The notes beneath the pieces are model-generated. The model did no database searches. It was not told the DNA's origin and was given only the letters and a program-made list of their open reading frames with translations. The position numbers and the translations under genes are program-made. Source: Planctomycetota bacterium (lineage in GTDB: Bacteria; Planctomycetota; UBA1135; UBA2386). From it: DNA of 64,000 nt. Shown piece by piece: positions 36,356 through 46,849 of this stretch (position 1 is its first letter; the number at the start of each line of letters is the position of its first letter). The stretch is taken from contig JBKAGP010000001.1 in assembly GCA_046290465.1 (NCBI GenBank), positions 5,792,001 through 5,856,000 on the forward strand, given 5' to 3'.

Positions 36356-37093
36356 ATGCACCCAGGTCTGATCGTCGCACTGCTGCTGCTCGCCGGGCTG
36401 ATCTGGTTCGGCCTGCAGGGCTGGGAGCGGCTGGTGCGCATCCGGCGCGCGCAGGTGCCCGAGACCTCTTGAGGCCGGACTGCGCGGGCGCGTGCCGCCC
36501 GCCCCGAGTCGTTGCCGGACCGCGCGCGCGCGTTCGGCGCGGGACGCACCTGGTTCGCGTTGCGCGCCGACGACCCGGAGCAGGTCGTGCAGGCGCTGCG
36601 GCTGCGCACGGTGCTGCCGGCCAACTGGCGCGCCGGCCTCGACGAGGTCGCCGAGCAGGGGGTGTTCGTGACGCCGCCGGTCGACGGTTGGGTGTTCGCG
36701 GTGGGGCGCGACGTGGCGGTGCGCACGGCGGATCCGACCGAGATCGAACCGCTGGTCGCGTTGCTGTCCGAACGGTTCGGCGAGGCGTTCTGGTTTGCGA
36801 CCGACGACGACCGCGAGGTGCACGGCTGGGCCCGCGGCGAGCGCGGCGTGCTGACGCGCGGCTACGCGTTCGCCGAGGAGCACGGCCACATCTTCTGGCA
36901 CGGCGACGTCACCGAGCACGAGCACGCGCTCGGTTGCTTCGTCGACGACCCGCGCGACCGCAGCGACGACGAGATCAAGTGGTGGCCCGACCGCGCGACG
37001 GTCTGCGCGCTCGCCGGCCGCTGGGCGGTCGATCCGTCGCGCATCGACGCGGGCATGCAGCCGGCCGGCGCCGGCTTCGTCGGGCGCTTGTGA
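36356..37093 (+). pseudogene. Membrane-anchored hypothetical protein interrupted by a single in-frame TGA (36470-36472); pseudogene, sequencing error or recoding
   Basis: The ATG 36356 ORF (MHPGLIVALLLLAGLIWFGLQGW...VPETS*) is in frame with ORF 36512-37093 (WFALRADDPEQVV...NW...VFVTPPVDGWVFAVG). There is no other stop between them. Confidence 0.55.
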
Positions 37094-37128
37094 GCCGCCG
37101 GCGTGGACCGGCCACGCCGGGACCCGTC

Positions 37129-37384
37129 AGCGGGCAAAGCCCCGTCCGCACGCGTACTCGCCGCTTCCGCGATCCCGGTTGGCAGCGCGTCCACTCCATG
37201 GACGCGCTCCTAGCGGGCAAAGCCCCGTCCGCACGCGTACTCGCCGCTTCCGCGATCCCGGTTGGCAGCGCGTCCACTCCATGGACGCGCTCCTAGCGGG
37301 CAAAGGCCCGTCCGCACGCGTACACGCCGCTTCCGCGATCAACGGTTGGCAGCGCGTCCACTCCATGGACGCGCTCCTAGCGGG
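37129..37384. repeat. Tandem array of three 83-84 bp REP-like units
   Basis: Units 37129-37211 and 37212-37294 are identical; 37295-37378 has a few changes. Each contains the 10-bp stem AGCGCGTCCA-ctcca-TGGACGCGCT followed by CCTAG. Confidence 0.92.
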
Positions 37385-39287
37385 TCCGGAACTGCTCGAT
37401 CTGGTCGGACAGCGAGTCGAGTTCTTCCGACATCGCGCCGATCGTGGCCGACAGCTGCTGCGAGGCGGCGGCCGACGACTCGGTCTGCTGCTGCACCTGC
37501 TGCAGGTGCTCGCCGATGACCTCGGAGCCGTCGCGCTGCGCCTCGCAGGCGACGCCGATGTCCGACATGCTCTGCCGGACGCGCGTGGTGTGATCGGTGA
37601 TCGTCGCCAGCGACGCGCGCATCCGGTCGCTGGTCTCGAAGCCGCGCTCGGCGCAGGTCGCCGACTCGACGATGCGCGCGCTGGTCTCGTTGGCGGCGTC
37701 GCTGCTGCGCTTGGCCAGTTCGCGGACCTCCTCGGCGACCACCGCAAAGCCCTTGCCGGCCTCGCCGGCGCGCGCCGCCTCGACCGCGGCGTTGAGCGCC
37801 AGCAGGTTGGTCTGGAACGCGATGCTCTGGATCGTGTCGATGACCTTGCGCTGCTCCTCGGTCGCGTTCTGCAGGTCGGTCATCGAGGCGACCAGGTCCT
37901 CGGCGGCCTTGGCGACGTCCTGGGTCGCCTCGTTGGCGAGGTTGGCGACCTCGTCGCTGTTGGCGGCGCCGCCGGCGGTCTCGCGGGTGCGCTCGACCAG
38001 GCCCTCCATCGACTCGGTGACCTGGTGCAGTGCGTGGCTCTGCGCCGACGCGCCATTGGCGGTGTTGGTCGCCGAGGCCGCGATGTCCTGGCTGTTGTTG
38101 CGCAGCGCCATCACGGTCTCGCGCGCCTGGTCCATCACCTCGGCGACCTTGGCGGTCGCGTCGTTGAGCGCCACCGCGATCTCGCCGAACTCGTCCTGCG
38201 ACTCGATCGGCACCTCGTGGGCGAGGTCGCGTTGCGCGAGGCGGCGGATGCCGTCGTGCAGCACCTGCACCGAGCGGCGGATGCGTCGCTGGATCCAGAC
38301 GAACAGCACCGACGACGCGACCACCGCGACCAGCATCATCAGCACGTGCCCGAGCGCCTTGCCGCCGGCGACGGCCCGGTTGGAGTCGGCGGTCGCCTGC
38401 AGCGACCGGGCCTGGCGCGCCTCGAGGTCTGCCAGCAGGTCGATCTTGTCGGTCGCGGCGTCGAACCACGCCGCCGGGTCGGTCGCGAAGCCCTCGCCGG
38501 TCGTTCCCGACAGCACCTTGCCCTGCAGTTCGTCGACGCGCGCGAACGCGGCCGACGCCATCGCCTCGGTGGCGGCGGCGCGAAGCTCCGGGGTGGTGAA
38601 CGCGACGAACTGGCGCAGCCCGTCCTGGTTCTGCTGCGCGAGCCTGGCCAGCGCCGCTAGCTGCGCCGGCGCCACCCGGTCGGCGCTGAACACGCGCGAC
38701 AGCCGCGCACGCTTGATGCCCTCCTTCTCCTTGCCGCGCAGCAGCGACAGGTAGGCGATCGCCTCGCGCGACAGCGGGCCGTCCTGCGCGGCCGTGCCGA
38801 GCGACTCGACCGTGTCGAGCAGGAGTTCGTTGCCGCGGGTATACCAGCCGATCGCTCCGTTCGCCGCATCCTCCCTGCCGTCGACCGCGCTGCGCATCGC
38901 CGCGAGCCCGTCGAGGTGGCGCAGGGCAGCCTCGATGCGCGACCGCACGGTCGGTTCTGCGGCCGCGGCGGGCACGGCGCGGCGGAGTTGTTCGAGCGCA
39001 CGGTCGGTGCGCGTGCGCTGCTCGCCGAGGCGATCGGCGAAGCGGTCGTCCGGTTGCGCCAGGAACAGCGCGGTCGTGCCACGCTCCTTCTGGGTCTCGT
39101 GCAGCAGGCGGCCGGCGTCGACGCCGACGTCCACCAAGGTGCGGATCGTCGCAGCGCGGGACCGCGCCCGCAGGTGGCCGAGGATCGCGTTGGTCTCGAG
39201 GATCGCCAGGGCGACCGCCGGAACCGCGAACACGATCAGGATCTTCTGTCGGAGGCTGGTCTTGCGCAGGAACCGCAGCGGCTTCAT
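37377..39287 (-). CDS. Methyl-accepting chemotaxis protein with NIT (nitrate/nitrite-sensing) domain
   Basis: TM1, NIT motifs LHETQKERG and [11 protein letters not shown]2, HAMP ([13 protein letters not shown]), signalling [34 protein letters not shown]. Confidence 0.92.
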   Translation of the reverse strand: MKPLRFLRKTSLRQKILIVFAVPAVALAILETNAILGHLRARSRAATIRTLVDVGVDAGRLLHETQKERGTTALFLAQPDDRFADRLGEQRTRTDRALEQLRRAVPAAAAEPTVRSRIEAALRHLDGLAAMRSAVDGREDAANGAIGWYTRGNELLLDTVESLGTAAQDGPLSREAIAYLSLLRGKEKEGIKRARLSRVFSADRVAPAQLAALARLAQQNQDGLRQFVAFTTPELRAAATEAMASAAFARVDELQGKVLSGTTGEGFATDPAAWFDAATDKIDLLADLEARQARSLQATADSNRAVAGGKALGHVLMMLVAVVASSVLFVWIQRRIRRSVQVLHDGIRRLAQRDLAHEVPIESQDEFGEIAVALNDATAKVAEVMDQARETVMALRNNSQDIAASATNTANGASAQSHALHQVTESMEGLVERTRETAGGAANSDEVANLANEATQDVAKAAEDLVASMTDLQNATEEQRKVIDTIQSIAFQTNLLALNAAVEAARAGEAGKGFAVVAEEVRELAKRSSDAANETSARIVESATCAERGFETSDRMRASLATITDHTTRVRQSMSDIGVACEAQRDGSEVIGEHLQQVQQQTESSAAASQQLSATIGAMSEELDSLSDQIEQFRTR

Positions 39288-39398
39288 GGCGGGGGCTATC
39301 GGTCGTAGCCGAGGACCCGGTGCAGTGGGAGTTCCGCCTAAGGAGAGCCCTCAGCGCTGGCGTCGGCCGCGAGCGGAGGTACCCTTCTCCGACCGAAG

Positions 39399-41099
39399 AT
39401 GCCGCGCCCACTCGTGTTCTGGACCGTTGCGCTGCTCGCCGTCGGCTGGGCGGCGTGGCGCGCGACGGCGTTGGCCTGGACCTGCGACGACGCGTTCATC
39501 ACCTTCCGCTACGCGCAGAACTTCGTCGACGGCAACGGGTTGGTGTTCAACCTCGACCCCGGGGAGGCGCCCGTCGAGGGCTACACCAACTTCAGCTGGA
39601 CGATGTGGATGGCGTTCGGCGCGATGCTCGGCTTTGGCCACGCCGGCATGGAGTCGTGGTCGATCTTCTGGGGCGTGGTGTGCCACGCGGCCGTCGTGCT
39701 GTTGCTCGCCGGGATGGCGTGGCGGGCCAGTTCGGGGCGTGCGGTGGTGCCGGTCGCGGCGTGCGGCTACGCAGCCGTGCACCATGCCGCGTCGCTGGCG
39801 CCGGCCGGGCTCGAGACCGCCCTGTTCGTGCTGCTCGCGACGGCGATGGCGCGGCTGGCGATGGCGCTGCGCTGCGCGCGCGAAGCGTGGCTGATGGGCT
39901 TCCTCGGCGTGCTGTGCGCGATGACCCGTCCCGATGGCGGCATCTTCGTCGCGATGGGCGGGTTGTTCGTGTTGTTCGATGCCTGCGACCGGCGCGCGCC
40001 GCGGCTGTTGCTCGGCTACGTGGCGCCGTTCGTGCTGGTGTTCGCGCCCTACCTGCTGTGGCGCCACGCGTTCTACGGCGCCTGGGTGCCCAACACGGCG
40101 GTCGCCAAGTCGGCGAGCGAACCGTTCTTCGAGCTGGGCTGGCCGTACGTGCGCGACTTCTTCGGCTGTTACTGGGCGCTGCTGCCGGGCGTCGTGCCGG
40201 TGCTGTGGTTCGCGCTGCGCAAGCCCGACGTGCTGGCGACGATCTCGCCGTTCCTCGGCCGCCGGCCGTGGCTGGTGCTGCTGGCGTTCGTGGCGCCGTA
40301 CCTGGCGTTCGTGACCTGGGTCGGCGGCGACTTCATGTTCGGTCGGTTCGCGCTGCCGGTGCTGCCGCTGCTGCTGTTCGGCTGGGACCTGGCGCTGCAG
40401 CGCTGGCGGCCGCTGTGGCTGCAGCCGCTGGTTGCGGGCCTGCTGGTCGTGGGCCTGAGCCTGCCGGTGGAGCCGGCGGGGCTCGACGATCCGCGCAACC
40501 CGGTCAGCGACAACCGCCGCATCACGCTGGCACCGGTCCCCGGCACGAACGTGACGTGGGCCGACGCGTTCCGCCTCTGCGGCGACTACCTGCAGCCGCT
40601 GTTCGACGGCCTCGACGTGCGCATCGCGATCGCCGGCAGCCACGCCAACGTGGCGTTCCGCGCCGAGGTGCCGGTCGCGGTCGAGGTCGCCGCGGGGCTG
40701 ACCGATGCGCACATCGCGAGGCTGCCGTACCGCAAGCGCGGCAAGGCCGGCCACGGCAAGCCGTCGGACCCGCAGTACCTCGAGCGCCGCGGCGTGCACT
40801 TCCACCTGGAGCCGACCTACCTCGCGGCGGACCCGTGGCGCAAGATCGTGTTCGTGCCGTGCGGGCTGCCGGCGCGGCTGGTGACCTGGGATCGCGAGTT
40901 GATGGCCGAACTACGGCGGCGCGACCCGAACGTCGCCTTCGACGACTTCGAGTTGTTCCTCGATCGCTACCTCGCCGACCTGCCCAACAAGGGCAAACGG
41001 CAGGTGGCCAAGGACCTGGCCAAGTTCCGTCGGTTCTACTTCGACCACAACGACGACCCCGAACGGCTGCGCCGGTTCGAGCAGTTCGTCGGCCAGTAG
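39399..41099 (+). CDS. GT-C fold membrane glycosyltransferase (AftB-like family)
   Basis: [23 protein letters not shown]...[32 protein letters not shown], many TM segments. Confidence 0.8.
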   Translation: MPRPLVFWTVALLAVGWAAWRATALAWTCDDAFITFRYAQNFVDGNGLVFNLDPGEAPVEGYTNFSWTMWMAFGAMLGFGHAGMESWSIFWGVVCHAAVVLLLAGMAWRASSGRAVVPVAACGYAAVHHAASLAPAGLETALFVLLATAMARLAMALRCAREAWLMGFLGVLCAMTRPDGGIFVAMGGLFVLFDACDRRAPRLLLGYVAPFVLVFAPYLLWRHAFYGAWVPNTAVAKSASEPFFELGWPYVRDFFGCYWALLPGVVPVLWFALRKPDVLATISPFLGRRPWLVLLAFVAPYLAFVTWVGGDFMFGRFALPVLPLLLFGWDLALQRWRPLWLQPLVAGLLVVGLSLPVEPAGLDDPRNPVSDNRRITLAPVPGTNVTWADAFRLCGDYLQPLFDGLDVRIAIAGSHANVAFRAEVPVAVEVAAGLTDAHIARLPYRKRGKAGHGKPSDPQYLERRGVHFHLEPTYLAADPWRKIVFVPCGLPARLVTWDRELMAELRRRDPNVAFDDFELFLDRYLADLPNKGKRQVAKDLAKFRRFYFDHNDDPERLRRFEQFVGQ

Positions 41100-41125
41100 A
41101 CCCGCCCCAGGACCGTAGCGGCCGT

Positions 41126-42994
41126 TCAGCGCTTGCGGCGCAGGACCAGCCACGCGGCCGCGAGCAGCGCCGTCATGCCACCGAGACCGCCGAGCACGAT
41201 CGGGTTCTTGGCGTGCTCGAGCGTCTGCTGCAGCCAGTCGCCGTGGCCGTGCGCGCCCGCGTCGTCGCCGTGGCCGTCGCCACCGTGGCTGTCGTGGTCC
41301 GCCGCGTCGTGGCCGTCGGCCGCGTGGTCGTGATCGGCGTGCCCGTGATCGGCGTGGTGATCCGCGTGCCCGTGATCGGCGTGCCCGTGAGCCGCGTGGC
41401 CGTGGTCGCCGTGTGCATGGTTGGTGTGCCCGTGATCGTCGTGGCCCGGACTGCCGTGCCCGTCGGGGGCATGCGCCGTCTCGCCGATCGGCGCCGGGAA
41501 GTCGATCACCGGCAGCGCACCGTGATCGTGTTCTGCGTGGCCCCCGCTGCCGTGGTCGTCGTCGTGCGCGGTGTGCCCGTGCTTCGAACCGTGGCCATGG
41601 CCCTCGTGGCCGTCGGTGCCATGGCCGGCTCCGCCGCTGCGGCTTGCGACCGCGCGGCCGCTCGGCGCCGGCACCTTCAGCCATGCGAGGTCGCCGCTGG
41701 CGACGTCGTAGTAGCCGGCCAGCATCGCGAAGCGGCCCTCCTGCTCGAGCGTGCGCAGCAGCGCGCTGCGCGAACGGGCCTCGTGCAGCGTGCGGATCAC
41801 GTTCTCGCGGGTCGCGTGCGCGACCAGGTCCTGGGCGTGCTGCTCGCGCGCCGTGATCACGGCCGGCTCCAGGTTGCGCAGCAGGTGCCGCTGGTGCGGC
41901 GACATCTGCTGCGAGGTCGGGTCGTCGGCGGCGGCCACGATCGACGCGCAGCGGCTGTGGCCCATGACCACCAGCAGCGATGCGCCGAGCTTCTCGGCGG
42001 CGAACTCGACGCTCGCGAGGGTCTCGTCGGTCATCGTGTTGCCGGCGACGCGGATCACGTACAGCTCGCCGAGGCCGGCGTCGAAGATGTGCTCGGGCGA
42101 GACCCGCGAGTCCGAGTCGGTGACGACGATCGCCAGCGGCTGCTGCGCGTCGGCCAGCGCCTCGCGCTGCTGGCGGCTCAGGTCCGGCATCGGTCGGCTG
42201 TCGCCGAGGAAGCGGCGGTGGCCGGCGCGCAGCATGCGCAGCGCGACGTGTGGCGGCAGGCTCGGCGGCACCGTGCCGGGCAGGGCCGGGCGGTCGACCA
42301 GCTCCGGCTTGGGCAGCGGGCGGCTCGGCAGCCACTCGACGTCGCCGCCCTGGTGGTAGCGCGCGGCGACCATGCGGAAGCGACCGACCGACGCGAACCG
42401 CCGCAGCAGCGGGCTGCGGCGCATGCACTCCTGGACGGTGCCGTGGGCGTGCTCCTCCTCGGCCATGTCGTGCAGCTGCTTGCCGCCGAGGTCGAGCGCG
42501 CGCGCCTTGCGAACGGCCGGCTCGATCCGCTCGAGCAGGTGCACGACGGCGGCGCTCGGCTGGTGGGCGGTGTCGGTCGCGTGGGTCTGCTCGGCGGCGG
42601 CTGCGACCACGTCGCAGTGCTCGTGGCCGAGCACCACGCACAGCGGCACGTTCAGCCGTTCGACGGCGTGTTCGATGGTCGCGATCGCCTCGGGGCCGAG
42701 CACGTGGCCGGCCGTGCGCACGACGACCAGTTCGCCGAGGCCGACGTTGAACAGGTGCTCGGGCGGCACCCGGCTGTCGGCGCAGGTGACGACGACCGCG
42801 TACGGGCTCTGGCCCCGCGACAGGGTCCGGCGCACTCCGGGGCCGATCGGCTGCGGCACGCTGTGCTCTCCGGCGAACCGCCGGTTGCCCTCCTGCAGGG
42901 CGCGCAGGGCCTCGTCGGGCGTTCGTTGGGCCGCGGCGGCGCAGCTCAGGGCGAGCGGGAGCGCGGCGAACAGCAGGCGATCGGTGCGGGTCAT
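41126..42994 (-). CDS. Exported tandem beta-carbonic anhydrase with His-rich stalk and C-terminal membrane anchor
   Basis: Signal peptide. Domain 1 has CADSRV/GHEHC; domain 2 has DSDSRV/GHSRC. His/Gly/Asp-rich region, then a TM segment and LRRKR tail. Confidence 0.9.
   Translation of the reverse strand: MTRTDRLLFAALPLALSCAAAAQRTPDEALRALQEGNRRFAGEHSVPQPIGPGVRRTLSRGQSPYAVVVTCADSRVPPEHLFNVGLGELVVVRTAGHVLGPEAIATIEHAVERLNVPLCVVLGHEHCDVVAAAAEQTHATDTAHQPSAAVVHLLERIEPAVRKARALDLGGKQLHDMAEEEHAHGTVQECMRRSPLLRRFASVGRFRMVAARYHQGGDVEWLPSRPLPKPELVDRPALPGTVPPSLPPHVALRMLRAGHRRFLGDSRPMPDLSRQQREALADAQQPLAIVVTDSDSRVSPEHIFDAGLGELYVIRVAGNTMTDETLASVEFAAEKLGASLLVVMGHSRCASIVAAADDPTSQQMSPHQRHLLRNLEPAVITAREQHAQDLVAHATRENVIRTLHEARSRSALLRTLEQEGRFAMLAGYYDVASGDLAWLKVPAPSGRAVASRSGGAGHGTDGHEGHGHGSKHGHTAHDDDHGSGGHAEHDHGALPVIDFPAPIGETAHAPDGHGSPGHDDHGHTNHAHGDHGHAAHGHADHGHADHHADHGHADHDHAADGHDAADHDSHGGDGHGDDAGAHGHGDWLQQTLEHAKNPIVLGGLGGMTALLAAAWLVLRRKR
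41240..41630 (-). repeat. Low-complexity His-rich coding repeats (HGHAD-type)
   Basis: Repeated gtgcccgtgatc units on the + strand encode HGHADH repeats. Confidence 0.8.
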
Positions 42995-43165
42995 GGTGTC
43001 GGTCTTCGGTGCGGTTCCCGGGTCGTCGGGTATCTCGCCAGCCATCGGCCGACCTGTCGGAAAACTGGGCGGCGATCGGGTTCCGACCCTGCCATGGCGT
43101 CCTGGGTAGGGACGGTTCGGGCGCTGATTCTCGAAGATATGGCGCCACCGTGGCGGTCCGGCCCG

Positions 43166-43193
43166 TTGACGGGCCCGCGCCTGCCGCTAACCT
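43166..43193 (+). promoter_or_regulatory. Putative sigma70 promoter for fusA
   Basis: TTGACG (43166-71), 16-nt spacer, TAACCT (43188-93), about 105 nt upstream of the fusA start. Confidence 0.45.
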
Positions 43194-43297
43194 TCTTGCC
43201 CATTAATCCGGCCGACAGGGCCGGCCAAAAGCCCCGAGCGTCTGCGGCGACGGCGGGTCGTGTCGACCCCGCCGCACACAGCAATGCTGTTCCTCTG

Positions 43298-45418
43298 ATG
43301 TCCACCCCAACCTCCAAGCCCATGACTGCAAAGAAGGAGTCCCCCGAGATCAAGCGGATCCGTAACACCCGCAATTTCGGTGTCATCGCCCACATCGACG
43401 CTGGCAAGACGACCTTCAGTGAGCGCGTCCTGTACATCACCGGCAAGAGCCACAAGATCGGCGAGGTGCACGACGGTGGCGCGACGATGGACTACATGCA
43501 GGAAGAGCGCGATCGCGGCATCACGATCACGTCGGCCGCGACGTCCTGTGTGTGGCAGGGCTACCAGATGAGCCTGATCGACACCCCCGGACACGTGGAC
43601 TTCACGGTCGAGGTGGAGCGCTCGCTGCGCGTGCTGGACGGCGCCGTCGGCGTGTTCTGCGCGGTGGCCGGTGTGCAGCCGCAGTCGGAGACGGTGTGGC
43701 GCCAGGCCAACCGCTACAAGGTCCCGCGGATCGCGTTCGTCAACAAGATGGACCGCACCGGCGCCGACTTCTACAAGGCGGTCGAGTCGATGCGCACGCG
43801 TCTGCACGCCAACGCGGTGCCGATGGTGATGCCGATCGGCAAGGAGAAGAACTTCTCCGGCCTGGTCGACCTGATCAAGATGAAGGCCTTCGTGTGGGCC
43901 GACAACGACGCTCGTGAGATGACCGAGAGCGACATCCCGGCCGAGCTGCTCGACGACGCCACGGCGCGCCGCGAGGAGATGGTCGAGGCGATCGCCGAGT
44001 GCCACGACGACGTGCTCGAGAAGTTCATCGAGGGCCAGGAGATCTCCAACGAGGAGATCATGATGGCCGCGCGCAAGGGCACGCTCGATCTCAAGATCAC
44101 GCCGGTCTACTGCGGCTCGGCGTTCAAGGACAAGGGCGTGCAGACCGTGCTCGACGCGATCGTCGAATACCTGCCGAGCCCGCTCGACGTCCCGCCGATC
44201 GAAGGCATCGACCCGGAGTCGGGCGAGCCGGTCGTGCGCGAGCTGACCAGCGAGCAGCCGTTCGCCGGCCTGGTGTTCAAGACGATCAGCGATCCGAACG
44301 GCGACCTGACGTTCATCCGCCTCTACACGGGCGAGATGAAGCAGGGCGAGAAGTACTACAACGGTCGTACCCGCCGCTTCGAGCGCATCGGTCGTCTGAT
44401 GCGCATGCACGCGATCCAGCGTGAGCCGCTCGAGGTCGCCAAGGCCGGCGACATCGTCGCGGTTGTCGGCGTCAAGGAAGCCATCACCGGCGACACGCTG
44501 TCGACCAAGGACAACCCGGTCGTCTACGAGGCGATGACGTTCCCGGACACGGTGATCAGCATGGCGATCGAGCCGCAGTCGGCGGGCGACCGCGACAAGC
44601 TGTCGGCCGTGATCGGCAAGCTGGTGCGCGAGGACCCGACCTTCAAGGCGGTGTCGGACGAGCAGACCGGCGAGATGGTCATCTCGGGCATGGGTGAGCT
44701 TCACCTCGAGGTGAAGTGCAACCAGATCAAGAACGACCACAAGATCGGCATCAACGTCGGCAAGCCGAAGGTCGCCTACAAGATGACGCTGAAGGGCCCC
44801 AAGCAGGTCGAGGCGCGTCACATCAAGCAGTCCGGTGGTTCGGGTCAGTTCGCTGTCGCGCGTCTGAACTTCTCGGTCAAGGACGAGATCGAGTTCGTCG
44901 AGTTCGAGGACAACGTCAAGGGTGGTTCGGTGCCGCGGGAGTACATCCCGGCGATCGGCAACGGCATCGAGTCCGCGGTCAAGGGCGGCGGCCGTCTCGG
45001 CTTCCCGTTCTGCAAGATCCACGCGGAGCTCTACGACGGCCAGGCGCACGACGTCGACTCGAGCGTGATGGCGTTCGAGGCCGCCGGCGTGCTGGCGTTC
45101 CGTCTGGCCTGCGAAGGCAACTCGCTGCTGCTCGAGCCGATCATGAAGATCGAGATCGAGTGCCCCGAGGAGAAGACCGGCGACGTCATCGGTGACCTGT
45201 CGTCGCGTCGCGGCGTGGTCGACGAGATGGTCGCCCGCCCGGGTGGCGTGTCGTCGGTGACCGGCAAGGTCCCGCTGAGCGAGATGTTCCAGTACTCGAC
45301 GATGCTGCGCTCGATCACGCAGGGCCGCGGCACCTACTCGATGGAGCCGGGCACCTACGAGCCGGTTCCGCCGAACATCGCGGACAAGGTGCTCGAAGAG
45401 TACCAGTCGGATTCGTAG
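43298..45418 (+). CDS. fusA: Elongation factor G (stand-alone copy)
   Basis: [74 protein letters not shown]. Alternative start at 43322. Confidence 0.96.
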   Translation: MSTPTSKPMTAKKESPEIKRIRNTRNFGVIAHIDAGKTTFSERVLYITGKSHKIGEVHDGGATMDYMQEERDRGITITSAATSCVWQGYQMSLIDTPGHVDFTVEVERSLRVLDGAVGVFCAVAGVQPQSETVWRQANRYKVPRIAFVNKMDRTGADFYKAVESMRTRLHANAVPMVMPIGKEKNFSGLVDLIKMKAFVWADNDAREMTESDIPAELLDDATARREEMVEAIAECHDDVLEKFIEGQEISNEEIMMAARKGTLDLKITPVYCGSAFKDKGVQTVLDAIVEYLPSPLDVPPIEGIDPESGEPVVRELTSEQPFAGLVFKTISDPNGDLTFIRLYTGEMKQGEKYYNGRTRRFERIGRLMRMHAIQREPLEVAKAGDIVAVVGVKEAITGDTLSTKDNPVVYEAMTFPDTVISMAIEPQSAGDRDKLSAVIGKLVREDPTFKAVSDEQTGEMVISGMGELHLEVKCNQIKNDHKIGINVGKPKVAYKMTLKGPKQVEARHIKQSGGSGQFAVARLNFSVKDEIEFVEFEDNVKGGSVPREYIPAIGNGIESAVKGGGRLGFPFCKIHAELYDGQAHDVDSSVMAFEAAGVLAFRLACEGNSLLLEPIMKIEIECPEEKTGDVIGDLSSRRGVVDEMVARPGGVSSVTGKVPLSEMFQYSTMLRSITQGRGTYSMEPGTYEPVPPNIADKVLEEYQSDS

Positions 45419-45592
45419 GCCGGACTCCCGCGCCAGCGGCAACCAGGCTCCCGCGCCAGCGGGAGCGGCACTACGCCCCCGCCCGTCCGGCCCAACGGCT
45501 CGTCGCCCCTAGCGACGGGCCGTCGTCCTGTACCGTTCCACCACGACCGGTCGGTACGCCCTGCTCCCGGAACCGACCTTACGGACCGGTGG

Positions 45593-45922
45593 TCAGGTGC
45601 CGAGGAGCTTGATGCCCTCGTGGGCCAGGGCGAGCAGCACGCAGGGATCGTCGCCGTCGCTGCCGGTTGCCCGCGGCGCGTGTTCGGTTCCGGGGGGATA
45701 GCGGACGAGCTGGCCCTGCCGGTAGCTGCCGAGTTCGTCGGCGTAGCCGCCACGCACGACCAGGACCTCTTCGTCGCTGGTGTGCTTGTGCGGCGGGTAG
45801 CCGCAGCCGGGTTGCATGCGGATCAGGGCCAGCACCCGGTTGGTGTCCCGGTCCGACGCGTAGAAGTGCACCGAGACTCCTTCGTACCTGGTCGGTTGCC
45901 ACGGGATCGAGTCGAGCTGCAT
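45593..45922 (-). CDS. ChrR-like cupin domain protein
   Basis: LIRMQPGCGYPPHKH...EEVLVVRGGYADE...PPGTEHAP. Confidence 0.85.
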   Translation of the reverse strand: MQLDSIPWQPTRYEGVSVHFYASDRDTNRVLALIRMQPGCGYPPHKHTSDEEVLVVRGGYADELGSYRQGQLVRYPPGTEHAPRATGSDGDDPCVLLALAHEGIKLLGT

Positions 45923-45951
45923 GCCTCGGAAGGCTATCCTGCTCGCCAACG

Positions 45952-46467
45952 ATGCCCAATCCTCGTGAGACCTGGTCCATCTCGGTCGAGAAGGACTACC
46001 TGAAGTTCAGCGCCGCGCACTTCCTGATCTTCCCCGACGGCACGGCCGAACGGCTGCACGGCCACAACTACAAGGTCTACATCGACCTGCACACCGAGCT
46101 CGACGAGCACGGCCTGGTCGTCAACTTCAAGGAGATCAAGCCGCTGGTCCGGCAGCTGTGCGACGAGCTCGACGAGCACCTGCTGATCCCGGGCAAGCAC
46201 CCGGTGCTGACCGCCGAGGTCGTCGGCCCGCACTACGAGATCCGCTACCGCGAACGTCACTACCTGATCCCCAAGGAAGAGGTGATCGTGCTGCCGATCG
46301 GCAACTCGTCGGCCGAGAACCTCGCCGCATGGTTCGGGCGCACGCTGCGCGAGCGCATGCGCGGGCCGTGGCCCGACCTGACGGTCCAGATGCTGTCGGT
46401 CGGCGTCGAGGAGACGCCCGGCCAGCGCGGCGTCTGGACGCTGCGCGAACAGGAAGAACGCTCGTAG
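45952..46467 (+). CDS. queD: 6-carboxytetrahydropterin synthase / 6-pyruvoyl-tetrahydropterin synthase
   Basis: FSAAHF, ERLHGHNY, VNFKEIK, LDEHLL, SAENLA, VEETPGQ. Confidence 0.88.
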   Translation: MPNPRETWSISVEKDYLKFSAAHFLIFPDGTAERLHGHNYKVYIDLHTELDEHGLVVNFKEIKPLVRQLCDELDEHLLIPGKHPVLTAEVVGPHYEIRYRERHYLIPKEEVIVLPIGNSSAENLAAWFGRTLRERMRGPWPDLTVQMLSVGVEETPGQRGVWTLREQEERS

Positions 46468-46541
46468 TCCTGCTGGCCGAAGGCTTCGCCCCCGCGGCCA
46501 AGGTCTGGCAGACCTGATGCCAGGTCGCGAAGCCGCGGCGC

Positions 46542-46835
46542 TCAGACGGTCGGGTAGCCGTGCAGCCAGCGCGCCGGCCCGTCGCCGCAGTTGCGCACAG
46601 TGTGCCGGGTGCCGGCCGGGATCGACAGTTCGTCACCCGGCTGCAGGCGCACGGTGCGGCCGGCGAGCTCGATCTGCGCCGAGCCCTCGAGCAGCAGCAC
46701 GAGTTCGTCGACGTCGTGCTCGAAGTCGCGCCAGACCTGATCCGGCGGGTCGATCCAGAGCTCGCAGCTGTAGCCACGGCTCCGCCAGTCGGCCTGCACC
46801 GCGGCCGGGTCGAGGTTGTTGGTGGTGGGCTGCAT
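46542..46835 (-). CDS. Small cupin domain protein
   Basis: WIDPPDQVWRDFEHDVDELVLLLEG...LQPGDELSIPAGTRHTVRN. Confidence 0.85.
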   Translation of the reverse strand: MQPTTNNLDPAAVQADWRSRGYSCELWIDPPDQVWRDFEHDVDELVLLLEGSAQIELAGRTVRLQPGDELSIPAGTRHTVRNCGDGPARWLHGYPTV

Positions 46836-46849
46836 CGTGACGCCTCCCG

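Noticed and set aside
37129..37384. Possible CRISPR array
   Set aside because: The whole 83-bp units repeat with no unique spacers, and there are no cas genes in the window.
39320..43297. Apparent 2032-aa giant EF-G fusion
   Set aside because: The upstream part is an off-frame or antisense shadow of the GT-C and carbonic anhydrase genes. EF-G starts at 43298 or 43322 behind its own promoter.
45425..45466. Direct repeat CTCCCGCGCCAGCGG and an 8-bp hairpin after fusA
   Set aside because: Most simply a terminator-like hairpin. It has no U-tract and is too short to call an element.
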